Shown here one piece after another: positions 37,728 to 48,002 of a stretch of DNA of 64,000 bases. The translations under genes were made by a program, and so were the position numbers. Every line of letters starts with the position of its first letter. Within the stretch, counting starts at the first letter, position 1. The stretch lies in sequence record PV158447.1; one strand, written 5' to 3'. The notes beneath the pieces were generated by a model that saw only the letters and a program-made list of their open reading frames with translations, was not told where the DNA came from and searched no databases.

Positions 37728-38843
37728 ATGATTCCTCAAATTTTGCAACTGGGTAGCTTTGTTACCTCGTTGGCCACTCTCGCCGGTAAGGGCGGTGAAA
37801 ATGTCGATAAAGCAAAGGAAGTGCTCGGTAAAGTAGGCGCTGCTTATAACGCAACAACCATTGGTTCGGCCAGTGCTTCTGGTCGACGCGTCATGATCAG
37901 CCCGATGGTTGTCATCGAACGGGATCTCGTGCACCAAGACTATATGACCGACTTGATGAACGTGGTTAATCTGCGGGACATCAAAGACGTGCTCGGGCAC
38001 CTCGCCCTCCAAGGTGAGGTCAACGGTATCAAGATAGCTGACCTGGTGGATAGCATCAACCCAGCTCGCCGGAGCGGTTTCCTTTCTTTGCAAGGCTGTG
38101 AAGATTTTGGTGGAGCTCAACTGATTTCTGGTATGGAAGCGGGTGCCGTTAAACCCCAAGGTAAACCCGTGCCTCAAGAAGGTCGTGTTGTCGTTGGTGG
38201 TAAAGAGTACGCTGACCTCTCCTCTGTCCCCAGTCTGGCTGTCGGTCGTACAGTAATGGCTCAGGTTCAACTTGGCGAAACCCTGGTTACTTTCCCGCTG
38301 AACTTCCGTCAGGTTCCAGTCCCTGCTTCTGCAAAGGATCTTGAAACTGTCTTCACCGCAGCTCGCCCCAAAGACGGTTGGTTTGCTCGGGTGAAAATGC
38401 ACCAGGCAGGTGAGCTGGACAGCCCTGAATTCCTGAAAGGTACTGACTTGATCAAACGTGAGTTCAACATTCGTATGAACGACATGTCTGGTTATTATGA
38501 AGAAGCTAGTAAACGTCAAGCCAACAACCGTATTGCCGGTATGACGACTGGTATCTTCTCCATGAACAGTCAGGCTAACACCTTTATCATGTCTTCCGAG
38601 ACCGCTCGTGAAATCGAGCTGGAACAAGGCGTGCGCTTTGATAAGGTCGGTCTGCCGAAGATCGCGAAATCTGTAATGGCGAATACCATCGTTATCGTTA
38701 ACGACGGTGAAGGTGTGGTAACTTTCTGGAACACTGGTTCTGATCTCTCCGAGACCTACACTATTCGTCAGCTCGCTTCCATATCCAAGAAAGAAAGTTC
38801 CTTGGATCTCCCTGCACTTATGAAAATGTTTGGTGGCCGCTAA
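37728..38843 (+). CDS. Head/inner-body protein (phiKZ gp89-like)
   Basis: 371 aa, QGCE and SGME cleavage-type sites, first of the head-protein run. Confidence 0.65.
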   Translation: MIPQILQLGSFVTSLATLAGKGGENVDKAKEVLGKVGAAYNATTIGSASASGRRVMISPMVVIERDLVHQDYMTDLMNVVNLRDIKDVLGHLALQGEVNGIKIADLVDSINPARRSGFLSLQGCEDFGGAQLISGMEAGAVKPQGKPVPQEGRVVVGGKEYADLSSVPSLAVGRTVMAQVQLGETLVTFPLNFRQVPVPASAKDLETVFTAARPKDGWFARVKMHQAGELDSPEFLKGTDLIKREFNIRMNDMSGYYEEASKRQANNRIAGMTTGIFSMNSQANTFIMSSETAREIELEQGVRFDKVGLPKIAKSVMANTIVIVNDGEGVVTFWNTGSDLSETYTIRQLASISKKESSLDLPALMKMFGGR

Positions 38844-39718
38844 TGATCCGTATTAAGAACGTCAAGAAAGCAGATACCTTGGTGACGCTTTCCGCTGAAC
38901 TCAACTTCCTGGTTGGTCTGAAAGATGCACTGACCAGTTTGAACAATCTCCCGAAACCCGTTCTTGATGATATTCATAACGTTATTAATCGTAATGCGAT
39001 TATTAACGGAATTGAGAAAAATGTTAAGAAAGGTATTCCGGGTAATCCTGATCTCCTTACCACCCTGGCAACTGCCATGACTGGTCTGACCATTTGGGTT
39101 GGGATGTTGGAATCCGCTCTGAAGAATAACAAGACCCAGAGCTTTGATTCTGAAACTATTACATTCAAAGAACGTGGGCTTTTGGATGCAATTGCTGCGA
39201 TTAACTTTTTTAACCGCTACACAGACATGCTCCTGGACATACTGACTACCACTGCGTACGAACCTACTCAGGTAGAGAAGATCCTCACCAAAGTCGATCT
39301 GGCAATGTTCAAAGACACCGCTGCTTATTATGCAACTTTGGTGGTCCGGTTTAACAGCAGTCCGAAATCTCTGAATGAGATGATTGAGAAACTGTCCGAT
39401 GAAGTTGCTGATGAGCTCTCCGAAGAGATCCTCCGTGGTGCGGATGGTGAAGCAGCGATCTCTATCCGTAAGGGTCTTTCTCCCCACGAATTGAATCCTG
39501 TCTACTGGTACGGTCTCTGGCGGATGCGACGTGATGTAGAAGCGATCCGTGGTGGTGAACGTCAAATTGATATCCTGGCAATGAAGATTGCTCGTTTGAG
39601 CAATAAAGCCAGTGGCGTAGAAGATCCTTCTCTGGATCATGCCATCGAGGTTTACACCGACGAGATCATCAAGATCAAAGCACGTAACCGTGCGATCGTG
39701 GAGAAATACAATGGCTAA
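38843..39718 (+). CDS. Head/inner-body protein (phiKZ gp90-like)
   Basis: 291 aa, TAATG coupling; synteny. Confidence 0.6.
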   Translation: MIRIKNVKKADTLVTLSAELNFLVGLKDALTSLNNLPKPVLDDIHNVINRNAIINGIEKNVKKGIPGNPDLLTTLATAMTGLTIWVGMLESALKNNKTQSFDSETITFKERGLLDAIAAINFFNRYTDMLLDILTTTAYEPTQVEKILTKVDLAMFKDTAAYYATLVVRFNSSPKSLNEMIEKLSDEVADELSEEILRGADGEAAISIRKGLSPHELNPVYWYGLWRMRRDVEAIRGGERQIDILAMKIARLSNKASGVEDPSLDHAIEVYTDEIIKIKARNRAIVEKYNG

Positions 39719-40235
39719 AGACTTTCGTCATGCTCGTTTCGGTCTGGTTCCTTCGGACCTTCACGACAGCCGGATGGAAGCTAACGAACTTATTCTCAAG
39801 GCGTTCTTGAACGCCTATAATAAGTTTGAACTGCTTTCCAATGCAGACAGCCACCAGGAAGTCTTTGTTGTTGCCAAAGAGTACTTCGGGGATAACTTCC
39901 GTAACTGGCTTTATGTTAACTTCCGAATGGGAATTGGTGCCCGCCGAGAACTTGCCAGAAAGATTGTTGGGTATATCAATGGTGAGTTGAGTGCACGTAG
40001 CGTGACCACCCAAGTACTCCAGGATATCTCCTTCCTGAAACTGAATCCCCCCGGCAAGCAGATGAACACCCCGGTACTTTACAACGAGTATTGTCCTGGA
40101 CAGGATGTGTTCAAAATCGAGAACGTGGATTTCAGCAAAGTAGAGAACCGTCATCTTGCCGACTTCTTTGCTCTCCTGGGTCCTGAGTTAACTGCCAAGT
40201 TTATCCTTTCTATTGACGGGGTTTATTATGGATGA
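39711..40235 (+). CDS. Hypothetical virion protein
   Basis: Start MAKDFRH at 39711 with GGAG RBS. Confidence 0.7.
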   Translation: MAKDFRHARFGLVPSDLHDSRMEANELILKAFLNAYNKFELLSNADSHQEVFVVAKEYFGDNFRNWLYVNFRMGIGARRELARKIVGYINGELSARSVTTQVLQDISFLKLNPPGKQMNTPVLYNEYCPGQDVFKIENVDFSKVENRHLADFFALLGPELTAKFILSIDGVYYG

Positions 40236-41505
40236 GAATAGTGTTATGAACTCTCTCCAAATGGCAGAGATCAACCTGGCTAAGGTTCCTAATATCGACG
40301 AACTTCAGAAAGAGGCAAAGGAGATTGTTAAGAACTTTCGTACTTCTGCCACCGTAAAGGACAAGGTTGAGAAAGCCCTGGATTTCATCGATAGTAAAGC
40401 AGATTTCGAACTGAACGAAGAAAACACCGCTGAAGTAGATAACGTCATCCGTGAGTTTGGCGGACTCTCTATCAAACGAGCTGGGATTATCCGTATCGAT
40501 GGATCAGAGGCATTCGGTATCAACCTCTCTCCCAAAGAGTGGCGTGAAACTCGGAAGCTGGGTCTGAAAGCACTGATGGAAGAAACCCTGCGGGATGTTA
40601 AACGCTGGGCCAATGCTCTCCAAGACAACTTCCAACGTCGCTGGACAGAACTCAATAGTTCTCTGAGTGCCCTTGATGAACGAGTGGTGCAGGTAGAGGG
40701 ATTGTTGGATACTGTTGGGCATCTCCGTGAGGGTTGTGATAAAGTAGATTACCCTTCTAAACTCTGGACTTCGTTGAGTACTCAAACTGATCGTTTTGAT
40801 GAAAATTTTGTCCCCAAGCTGATCAAAAACTTTGCGTACCTGGGAACTGTTCTGAAGTTCTACGAAATGGAAGAGATCCGTTATCGTAACTCCTTGGTGA
40901 AGTATTTTGGTAATCCAACCGCCAACAATCTCAATGCGCTGGTTAGACTTCCTCCAAAGGTACTGGATGTGCGTGTGCGCGATCCTCGAGATACCGAAGG
41001 GGAATTCGTCACTATGAAGTCCAAACCGTTTGCGGGTGATTACGCGCTGTTTAATCGCACCCTGAATCCAGCTTGGGTTAAAAACAACTATAAAGGGCCG
41101 GAAGATAATTCGACTCTGTTGGAAGCGATGTTGGAGTGCGGGTTCGAATTCGAACGAGATCGCTTGGATTATCCCAAGAACACGATGAATATCAACGTGC
41201 TTTCTCTTAACCAAATGTTCCAATTGGTGAATGCGGCTAAAGAGGTGATCGCTGTCATCCGTCGAATGAATGATGAGTACAACTCTCTGGACTTTGACAA
41301 GTGGACAGTGAAAGACAACATGGATACGCTTAAACGTGATTCTAATACTGCTGAAGGTAAAGTAACGGCTTTCCAAGCTCTAGCTACCGACTACCAGTAC
41401 GGAATCAACAACGTACGTTCTGAGCTCGCTCTGTACCTTTCTGTGTTGGCTAGTCACACTCTTACCGCAGTTACCCTCAACTTGGGTTGCTACGATGCCG
41501 AATAA
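40228..41505 (+). CDS. Putative internal head protein
   Basis: DGSE|AF site; ATG 40228 after GGGG RBS. Confidence 0.7.
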   Translation: MDENSVMNSLQMAEINLAKVPNIDELQKEAKEIVKNFRTSATVKDKVEKALDFIDSKADFELNEENTAEVDNVIREFGGLSIKRAGIIRIDGSEAFGINLSPKEWRETRKLGLKALMEETLRDVKRWANALQDNFQRRWTELNSSLSALDERVVQVEGLLDTVGHLREGCDKVDYPSKLWTSLSTQTDRFDENFVPKLIKNFAYLGTVLKFYEMEEIRYRNSLVKYFGNPTANNLNALVRLPPKVLDVRVRDPRDTEGEFVTMKSKPFAGDYALFNRTLNPAWVKNNYKGPEDNSTLLEAMLECGFEFERDRLDYPKNTMNINVLSLNQMFQLVNAAKEVIAVIRRMNDEYNSLDFDKWTVKDNMDTLKRDSNTAEGKVTAFQALATDYQYGINNVRSELALYLSVLASHTLTAVTLNLGCYDAE

Positions 41506-42553
41506 TGAAACTGGAGGGATCCTTATTCCCTCCTCTTTTACCGAACTCTTTGCTGAAGCAGCTGCGGAAATGAAATCTGTGGTTGTCGAACAGCAAGAGA
41601 TCCCGGTAGAAAATCTGGAAGAATCGTTTTCACCCATCATCCAAACCAGTGATCTAGTTGCTGGCAACGAAGGGATGCTAGACGAAGTCTTCGCTTCTGC
41701 TGCAAGTCATCTCAAGAAAGGTAGTCAGAAGTTAATGGCTGAAGGTGGGGAAGTTGCCAGGAAAGCGTTTCGTAATGCTGGCGACATCCTGGTGAAGCAA
41801 CTCGGTACTCGCAAACTCTTTATCTCTCGTTTGAATAAACAAGCAAGAGAAATTGAACTGAAAGACGAAACCGTTTTCAGTAAAGAGTTGATGAACAAAC
41901 TTTCTGGTACCGGAGACGTGAAGGATCTTGAAAGTGATCTGAAGCGGCTTATCGAAGAAATTTCTGATGTACTGAGGTTTGAACGAGAGTTGGAAGTTTA
42001 TTACCGTAAAGAACTGAATATCTTCAAGAACATCAGTTCTATCAAGGACACTGCTACTGCAATGAACTTGATTACGGAACTGGATAAACTGAAACTTCCC
42101 AACCCAGATTTCGCCAAAACCTCGAATACTATGTCAGACTCAGACCCACTTCCTGGAGGTAAGGTCTTTGTTGTGAAGGATACGGGTCGAGTTGAAGTGA
42201 CCTCTGTGGAGGTTCCTGTCAAGCAAGATACGATATCTTTTGCGAAGGATGATGTTATCGCGATTCTGTCAGAATTGAACAAGTTAGTGGACCTTTATAA
42301 ACAGTTAGCGAAAGCACTAAACACCTATGGTGACTACATCAAGGAGTTTAATACTGTGGTGGGGACTGGGTTCACCGAGCTGGAGAAGCTCAAAGGTGAA
42401 ATCAGTATCAATCTCATACGAGATATCCAGGGACGTCTTCAGGGGAATACTCTGTTATACACGTTCTACTCTGGTTTCCTACCAAAGATCACCATTTACT
42501 TGGATGATTATGTGGAAGGCTTTACATCTTCCCTGAGTAAACAATTTAATTAA
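41495..42553 (+). CDS. Putative internal head protein
   Basis: Acidic propeptide then AGNE|GM. Confidence 0.7.
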   Translation: MPNNETGGILIPSSFTELFAEAAAEMKSVVVEQQEIPVENLEESFSPIIQTSDLVAGNEGMLDEVFASAASHLKKGSQKLMAEGGEVARKAFRNAGDILVKQLGTRKLFISRLNKQAREIELKDETVFSKELMNKLSGTGDVKDLESDLKRLIEEISDVLRFERELEVYYRKELNIFKNISSIKDTATAMNLITELDKLKLPNPDFAKTSNTMSDSDPLPGGKVFVVKDTGRVEVTSVEVPVKQDTISFAKDDVIAILSELNKLVDLYKQLAKALNTYGDYIKEFNTVVGTGFTELEKLKGEISINLIRDIQGRLQGNTLLYTFYSGFLPKITIYLDDYVEGFTSSLSKQFN

Positions 42554-42606
42554 ATCGTTTCGTTTTGTTTCTGTTTTCTTTTAACACCCTTTTGAAGGAA
42601 TTTATT

Positions 42607-43776
42607 ATGTCTATTGCTGCACTGATGGCCTCTGTAACCGGTACCGAGTCCGACAACCTGGACCTGGGCAACGTTGAAGTAACTGTTGAAGCGGTTGCTG
42701 AAGCGGTTGTTGACAAAGAGCTGGCCGAAGTTGAAACCGAGCTGGCCGTCCAGGACAAAGAGATCGACAGTATCGAAAACGATATCGAGATCCTGGAAGA
42801 GAAAGTTGAAGAGCTGGAAGAAGAAATCGCTGGTATGGAAGCCATGCTGGCCGGTGGTGAATTCAACGCCGCTCTGTTCCAAGACAAGTACTCCCGCGCT
42901 GCCAAACTGGCTGCTCGCTTTGGTGCCCCGGTTGCTGAACTGGCCGGTACCGAATGTGCCGACACTTCTTCCGCTCAACTGAACGCCTTCGCTGGTATCG
43001 AAAGCTTCAAAGACACCGCTAAGAAAGCTGGTGGTGCGATCAAGAAGTTCTTCGTTGACCTGTACAATGGTTTCATCAACTGGTTCGTTGGTCTGTTCAA
43101 CAAAATGAAGGGTCTGGAAACCAAGGCCAAAGGTCTGAACGCCAAGGTCTCCGGTAAAGAGCCGAAAGAGAAGGTTAACTTCCCTGCTTCCGCTTCCTGG
43201 TTGGGTGGTAAGGCCGTTGACGTTACTGGTTCTCTGGCCAAGGTTGTTGCTGCTGGTGATACCGCAGCCAAAGCCGCTGACGCCAACAACGCTCTGAAAG
43301 CTGTTCAGTCCGCAGTCAGCGCCCTGAAAGAGCTGGGTAGTGCTTCCCAAGAGAAAACCAGTTCCGATACCGAAACCTTCAAGGTCAAGGTTGGCGAAGG
43401 TCACTTCACCGTGGTATATCCGCATACTGTTGCTGGTCTGGGTTCTGTTTCTGTTTCCGGCATGTCTGGCGGCGAAGCTAAGAAAGACCAAGCACCGCTG
43501 GCTAAGGGCGTGATCGGTTCCATGCTGTCTGGTGTTCAGTCCCAGGCTAAGACCCTGCAATTCAGCAAGCTGGATAGCAAGGCTCTGACTGCTCAGCGTG
43601 ACGCCACCATCGCTTCCCTGGAACGTATGGCGAAAGAAGACAAAGCCGACATCGCCAAAGATGTCGCTGGTATCAAGGCTGGTGTTCGTGCCATCCTGAA
43701 ACTCCAGAAGGGTGGTCAGACCCTGGCTGCTGACCTGCTGGCTGCTCAGCTGGCTGCCGTTAACGCTTGCTTCTAA
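42607..43776 (+). CDS. High-copy internal head/ejection protein (phiKZ gp93/95/97-type family)
   Basis: Very acidic propeptide with AGME, AGTE and AGIE|SF sites; codon bias like the capsid gene; AAGGA RBS before ATG 42607. Confidence 0.75.
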   Translation: MSIAALMASVTGTESDNLDLGNVEVTVEAVAEAVVDKELAEVETELAVQDKEIDSIENDIEILEEKVEELEEEIAGMEAMLAGGEFNAALFQDKYSRAAKLAARFGAPVAELAGTECADTSSAQLNAFAGIESFKDTAKKAGGAIKKFFVDLYNGFINWFVGLFNKMKGLETKAKGLNAKVSGKEPKEKVNFPASASWLGGKAVDVTGSLAKVVAAGDTAAKAADANNALKAVQSAVSALKELGSASQEKTSSDTETFKVKVGEGHFTVVYPHTVAGLGSVSVSGMSGGEAKKDQAPLAKGVIGSMLSGVQSQAKTLQFSKLDSKALTAQRDATIASLERMAKEDKADIAKDVAGIKAGVRAILKLQKGGQTLAADLLAAQLAAVNACF

Positions 43777-43804
43777 GCAGGTTGTAGAACACATGTTCAT
43801 AACA

Positions 43805-43840
43805 GAGAAGAGGGCCTTCGGGCTCTCTTCTCTTTATGTT
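43805..43840 (+). terminator. Rho-independent terminator
   Basis: agagaagagggcc-ttcg-ggctctcttctct then ttatgtttg. Confidence 0.85.
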
Positions 43841-43890
43841 TGTTCTCTTTTTATTTACTGGATCATATGACTTGTAAATAGGAGATTATT

Positions 43891-44955
43891 ATGTCTGCTC
43901 AACTTGGTGAACAGAATGATCCTGGGATAACCACTGATCCGATTTACGTAGAGGAATTAGCTCCGTTTGAAGAGAGTATGGATTTCTTTGTTCGTAAGGA
44001 TGTGAAAGTATCCAGTAAGGATGATGCTGAGATTTATGGTGCAGAAGCGCTTGTAACGCTCGTAGAAGGATTTGGTAAGGTTCCTGGTGAATCTGCACTG
44101 ACTTTGGGTGACGATGCTTTTATAGATGGTTCTGAGAGCTTTGGTGACAAAGCAAGAGCTGTATTGGCTAAGTTAGTGCAATTAGCTAAGGATGCTTTTA
44201 ACTGGATTATGAACATTATTAATAACCAACTCACCCGGTTAGATAATCGTCAGTTTCGAATGGCGAGTAAACGGAAACGTCACGGCTTGAAAACGGGGCC
44301 AGTCAAGTTCCCTGCCGGGGTACGTCGCTTAATCATTCCAGTGAAGATCACTGATGACGGACTCTGGATTAAGGAAAGCTTGAAAGAAGTCAATGACTTT
44401 TACAAAGGTTACGTAAAGGCACACGAGATCTTAGCTAAGGCCATTACTGTTGATTATAGTCCACGTGACTTGAACGACGTCATTAACAAGTTAACTTCTG
44501 CCATGGGATTGACTGGGACTTCTCGGGATAAAGATGGTACGGTAGTTTACAGTTCTGATGTTCTCCCTGGTGCTCGTCACTTCCGATTTAAATCACCTAC
44601 CGAAGAGTTCCATGGGACACAGATCTATTTTGATGCAAGTTCAGTGGAAGCTAAGTTACGTTCCGACACATTTGAACCGTCTGGTTACTTGATTGATGAA
44701 ACATTGGCATCAGTTAAAGTAATTAATGAAGAGATTCGTAAGAACCAGAAGGGCGTCAATGATCTCCATCGGGAGTTAGAGAGAAAAGCCAGTTCATTTA
44801 TGAACACTGATCACAGTAAACTTACCGCAGAGAACAAAGCGTTTATTCAGTGGTTAATCAACACTGATAAACAACTTTCTTCTAAAGTCATTAACTATGT
44901 AATCAGTTCTGCTGACATGGGACTAGACTTCGTTCAACGAGGAATTAACTCATGA
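43891..44955 (+). CDS. Putative internal head protein
   Basis: DGSE|SF followed by an amphipathic helix; AGGAG RBS. Confidence 0.7.
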   Translation: MSAQLGEQNDPGITTDPIYVEELAPFEESMDFFVRKDVKVSSKDDAEIYGAEALVTLVEGFGKVPGESALTLGDDAFIDGSESFGDKARAVLAKLVQLAKDAFNWIMNIINNQLTRLDNRQFRMASKRKRHGLKTGPVKFPAGVRRLIIPVKITDDGLWIKESLKEVNDFYKGYVKAHEILAKAITVDYSPRDLNDVINKLTSAMGLTGTSRDKDGTVVYSSDVLPGARHFRFKSPTEEFHGTQIYFDASSVEAKLRSDTFEPSGYLIDETLASVKVINEEIRKNQKGVNDLHRELERKASSFMNTDHSKLTAENKAFIQWLINTDKQLSSKVINYVISSADMGLDFVQRGINS

Positions 44956-45488
44956 GTATCCAACTGATGAATGTTTTTGATTTGACTGTCAAGCGAGATC
45001 TTATTAGTGGGTTCAATGAATTTAACAGTGAGGAACGAACTCCCGTACTGGAATACACGTTCTTCCATGAAGTTGGACCTGAACATCTTTCTTTGATGGA
45101 AGGGACGACCCACGCTGGTTTCGTAAGCAACAAGATCGAAGTAACCCATCTCCTTCCGCCTAAGTTATCCATTCGTGATTTCAAGGGAGAAAAGAAACAC
45201 AACTCCCAGATTCCGATGTTAACTGACAAACCCGCGATACTAGAGCTTGTGTCGTGTTTTAACAGTTCCAGAGACATTCAGAATGCCGACATAGAGCAAC
45301 GTTATCAAATGCTCCCAGAGACGCTTACAGAAGACGTATTCAGGGACTTTATGTTGTTCTGCAAAGTGTACGGGTTCTGGGTATTGACTTGGGAAGAAGT
45401 TTCTTTGTTGAAACAAGATGGTGTCCTTTATATCTCTGTTGATCACACTCATTCGACCTACAAGGGTACATTGGAGGTTCTGGTATGA
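44952..45488 (+). CDS. Hypothetical virion protein, 178 aa
   Basis: ATGA overlap, GAGGA RBS. Confidence 0.75.
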   Translation: MSIQLMNVFDLTVKRDLISGFNEFNSEERTPVLEYTFFHEVGPEHLSLMEGTTHAGFVSNKIEVTHLLPPKLSIRDFKGEKKHNSQIPMLTDKPAILELVSCFNSSRDIQNADIEQRYQMLPETLTEDVFRDFMLFCKVYGFWVLTWEEVSLLKQDGVLYISVDHTHSTYKGTLEVLV

Positions 45489-46036
45489 TGAACCGGGACA
45501 AATATCGACTGTTGAAGCAACAGTTAACGATTATCGAAACACTTCGATTGAACCAAGCCGTTTCTATCGATGGGAAGACTTTTGATAGTAAAACAGCAGA
45601 GACATTAGTTAAAACACTATTGGACTCCATCTTTCTGGATTTCACCATCCCTTCTGGGGTCTTGGATTCCAGAAAGAACCCGAAAGAACTCCTGGAACTC
45701 CACAAAGCAGTTACCGAACTGTGCGATGGGGACTTTAAGTTAATCGGTCATCGTTATGACTTGAAGAAACTGAGCGAACTTATCTATAGGTACCCAGATA
45801 TCAAAGAGTTCTTCCGATTAGCAAAAATGACCCCTGATCGAAATCCTGACGCTACTCCTAAGTTCTTCGTTGATCAACTGATGATTAAGGTAGAGGGACT
45901 GCTAGAACTGATCCGGTGTAACGGCAACGTCACTGGAGAACCCAGTGTTTCTCTTCAGGTGGTTTTGATTTTGGTTAATACGGTGGAATTAATAGATTCT
46001 GTTTTCTACGTACTGAATTTAAGGGAAGGTAAATAA
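45485..46036 (+). CDS. Hypothetical protein, 183 aa
   Basis: GGAGG RBS, ATGA overlap. Confidence 0.75.
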   Translation: MMNRDKYRLLKQQLTIIETLRLNQAVSIDGKTFDSKTAETLVKTLLDSIFLDFTIPSGVLDSRKNPKELLELHKAVTELCDGDFKLIGHRYDLKKLSELIYRYPDIKEFFRLAKMTPDRNPDATPKFFVDQLMIKVEGLLELIRCNGNVTGEPSVSLQVVLILVNTVELIDSVFYVLNLREGK

Positions 46037-46971
46037 TGAATATCGAAAGTAACGCGTCCATCCCAGGATGGTCACAGCACGCACCTGAGACCGATATCAC
46101 TGGGTTGGGGACGGTGGGTTCTGGCTCCACAATGTGTCCAGACAAATGCGTAGAAGGGTTTGTTGAAAACGAAGAGGAATTCAAGCACATTGAAACCATC
46201 CTGGAAGGTTACGGTGAATACCTGTCCAAGGAAGAAGTAAACGAAGCTTCTGTCTCTGGTACAGAGGCTTATGCAATGTCCGCACTTCAGATCTATGGAT
46301 ATGAATCCTGGATGGATAGTATCAAGAAGGGTGCTGAAAGTGCTTACAACGCGATTATAGCAACTCTGAAGAAACTCAAGGACTTCTTCTTTGGTGACGG
46401 TGAGAAGCGTGTTGAGGAAGCTGACAAGAAGGCAGGTGATAGTTTAGAAGCCATGGGTAAGTTGGATCTCAACGCCCCAGTGAAAGATGAAGCAGCCGCC
46501 AAGAACCCCCTGACTTTCTTTAAGGGTATTCAAGAGTCTGCTGAACTTGAAAAGGTTTACGAGAAATATCCTGCTGTCAAGACTGCTTTCGAAAAGATCG
46601 AAGGTTCTGTCAGTCGGGTTAAGAACTCTGAAACAGTGGGTCAGTTGGGTGCGGTATTCCAAGACATGCGTAAATCGGCATCGGCAGCTGGTGCTGCGGT
46701 TTCTTCTTCTCTGAAGAAAGCGCTTGATAGCGCCGAGAAGAAAGCTAATGAGATTCGTAATCCCAAAGGTGTTCCCGATGACGCTACTGCTGAAATGAAA
46801 GCGGCTGTTAAGGAAGAGCACAAAGAGACCGTTGCTGAAGCCAGGGAAGAAACTAAAGAGTCTCGAATCCTTGCCAGTCTCCAGAACAAGATCACCACGA
46901 TGCTCAATGCGATCTCTTCCAATGCCAGTTCTGTTAAAGGCGAAACCAAAGAGTCTGAATTTAAGGGGTGA
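46036..46971 (+). CDS. Putative internal head protein related to the 24093/25109 paralogs
   Basis: SGTE and YGYE|SW...LKKLKDFFFG. Confidence 0.7.
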   Translation: MNIESNASIPGWSQHAPETDITGLGTVGSGSTMCPDKCVEGFVENEEEFKHIETILEGYGEYLSKEEVNEASVSGTEAYAMSALQIYGYESWMDSIKKGAESAYNAIIATLKKLKDFFFGDGEKRVEEADKKAGDSLEAMGKLDLNAPVKDEAAAKNPLTFFKGIQESAELEKVYEKYPAVKTAFEKIEGSVSRVKNSETVGQLGAVFQDMRKSASAAGAAVSSSLKKALDSAEKKANEIRNPKGVPDDATAEMKAAVKEEHKETVAEAREETKESRILASLQNKITTMLNAISSNASSVKGETKESEFKG

Positions 46972-46974
46972 TGA

Positions 46975-47907
46975 ATGTCGTTCAAAGAACAGCTGATTCA
47001 AAAACTTTCCCCTAATCAAACTTTTGTTAAGGTATTTGCTAAGGACAGTGACAACACAGTCGTTGACTTACTGGAAGATAATCTCCCTAAACGTTACCTT
47101 CTAGAGAAGAAAGATATTAAAACGTTCTTTTCTAAACCACCTGTGTTATCTCTCCCAGTAGGGAGTACTGCTAATGATCTTTACAATGCGTTCTCAGAGC
47201 GTTTTGGACTAGGTCTGGTAAAAGGTGTGGATTACGATGACGGATCACTCCTGGAGCTTTACAGGGACTTTCAGTATGTTACCTTAACAATGAGTTTTGA
47301 TTCACTGGGTTACAAAGGTTCGATCGGGGTATTGGTGAATGATATTCAATTCACACTCCAAGGTAAATTGGAGCGTAACCTAAATGGGGCTGATCAACAC
47401 TATCTGTTCTCCAATGGTAGAGTTCGAGCCTATCTTTGTTCTAAGGTATTCACTTCTACTGTTAATCTTTTCTCTTCCAATAAACTCTCTAGACAGTTTG
47501 TCTCTGAATTACAAGCGCAGATCAAAGAAGCATTGGATATTGATTTCCGATACGAACTAGAAGCAGGTATGGCGATTGGACGTTTCAATGACGGTCTCAG
47601 TGATTTGATCCTCTTTAGAACTAGTTCTGGTTATGAATACTTTCTTCGCTTCAGTTCTTCTGTAGGTGACCTTCCTGTTTTGGATTATTTTTCTAAATCA
47701 GATTCCATTCTATTGGACGATGGCTCGAAAGAGTTGTTGTCTGGGATGGAAGTGATCAGTGCGGAGAAACCGGGTGAGAAAAGTGGGGAAGAGTTTATAT
47801 ATAGCGATTACGAAGTAATCAAGCATAATCCTTCTTTATTTCCAGAGGAGAATACTCCACAAGAGAAAGAATTGGAAATAGAATCAGAAGAAATCACTCT
47901 AGAATAA
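46975..47907 (+). CDS. Hypothetical virion protein, 310 aa
   Basis: AAGGGG RBS; shares a YKG-x-(L/I)-x-VLV module with the 44952 protein. Confidence 0.7.
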   Translation: MSFKEQLIQKLSPNQTFVKVFAKDSDNTVVDLLEDNLPKRYLLEKKDIKTFFSKPPVLSLPVGSTANDLYNAFSERFGLGLVKGVDYDDGSLLELYRDFQYVTLTMSFDSLGYKGSIGVLVNDIQFTLQGKLERNLNGADQHYLFSNGRVRAYLCSKVFTSTVNLFSSNKLSRQFVSELQAQIKEALDIDFRYELEAGMAIGRFNDGLSDLILFRTSSGYEYFLRFSSSVGDLPVLDYFSKSDSILLDDGSKELLSGMEVISAEKPGEKSGEEFIYSDYEVIKHNPSLFPEENTPQEKELEIESEEITLE

Positions 47908-47924
47908 CAAGAATACATAATTCT

Positions 47925-47954
47925 CTCTCTTACTCCTTAATCGGAGTAAGAGAG
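47925..47954. terminator. Terminator-like hairpin
   Basis: ctctcttactcc-ttaatc-ggagtaagagag. Confidence 0.7.
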
Positions 47955-48002
47955 TATATGTGTTTTTGAAAGATGTTATGGAATCGATTAGGGGAGGACA
48001 TT

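Noticed and set aside
37707-38627. N-terminal 307 aa of the 662-aa track ORF 36639-38627
   Set aside because: Overlaps the real plus-strand head gene; the real start with RBS is at 37706
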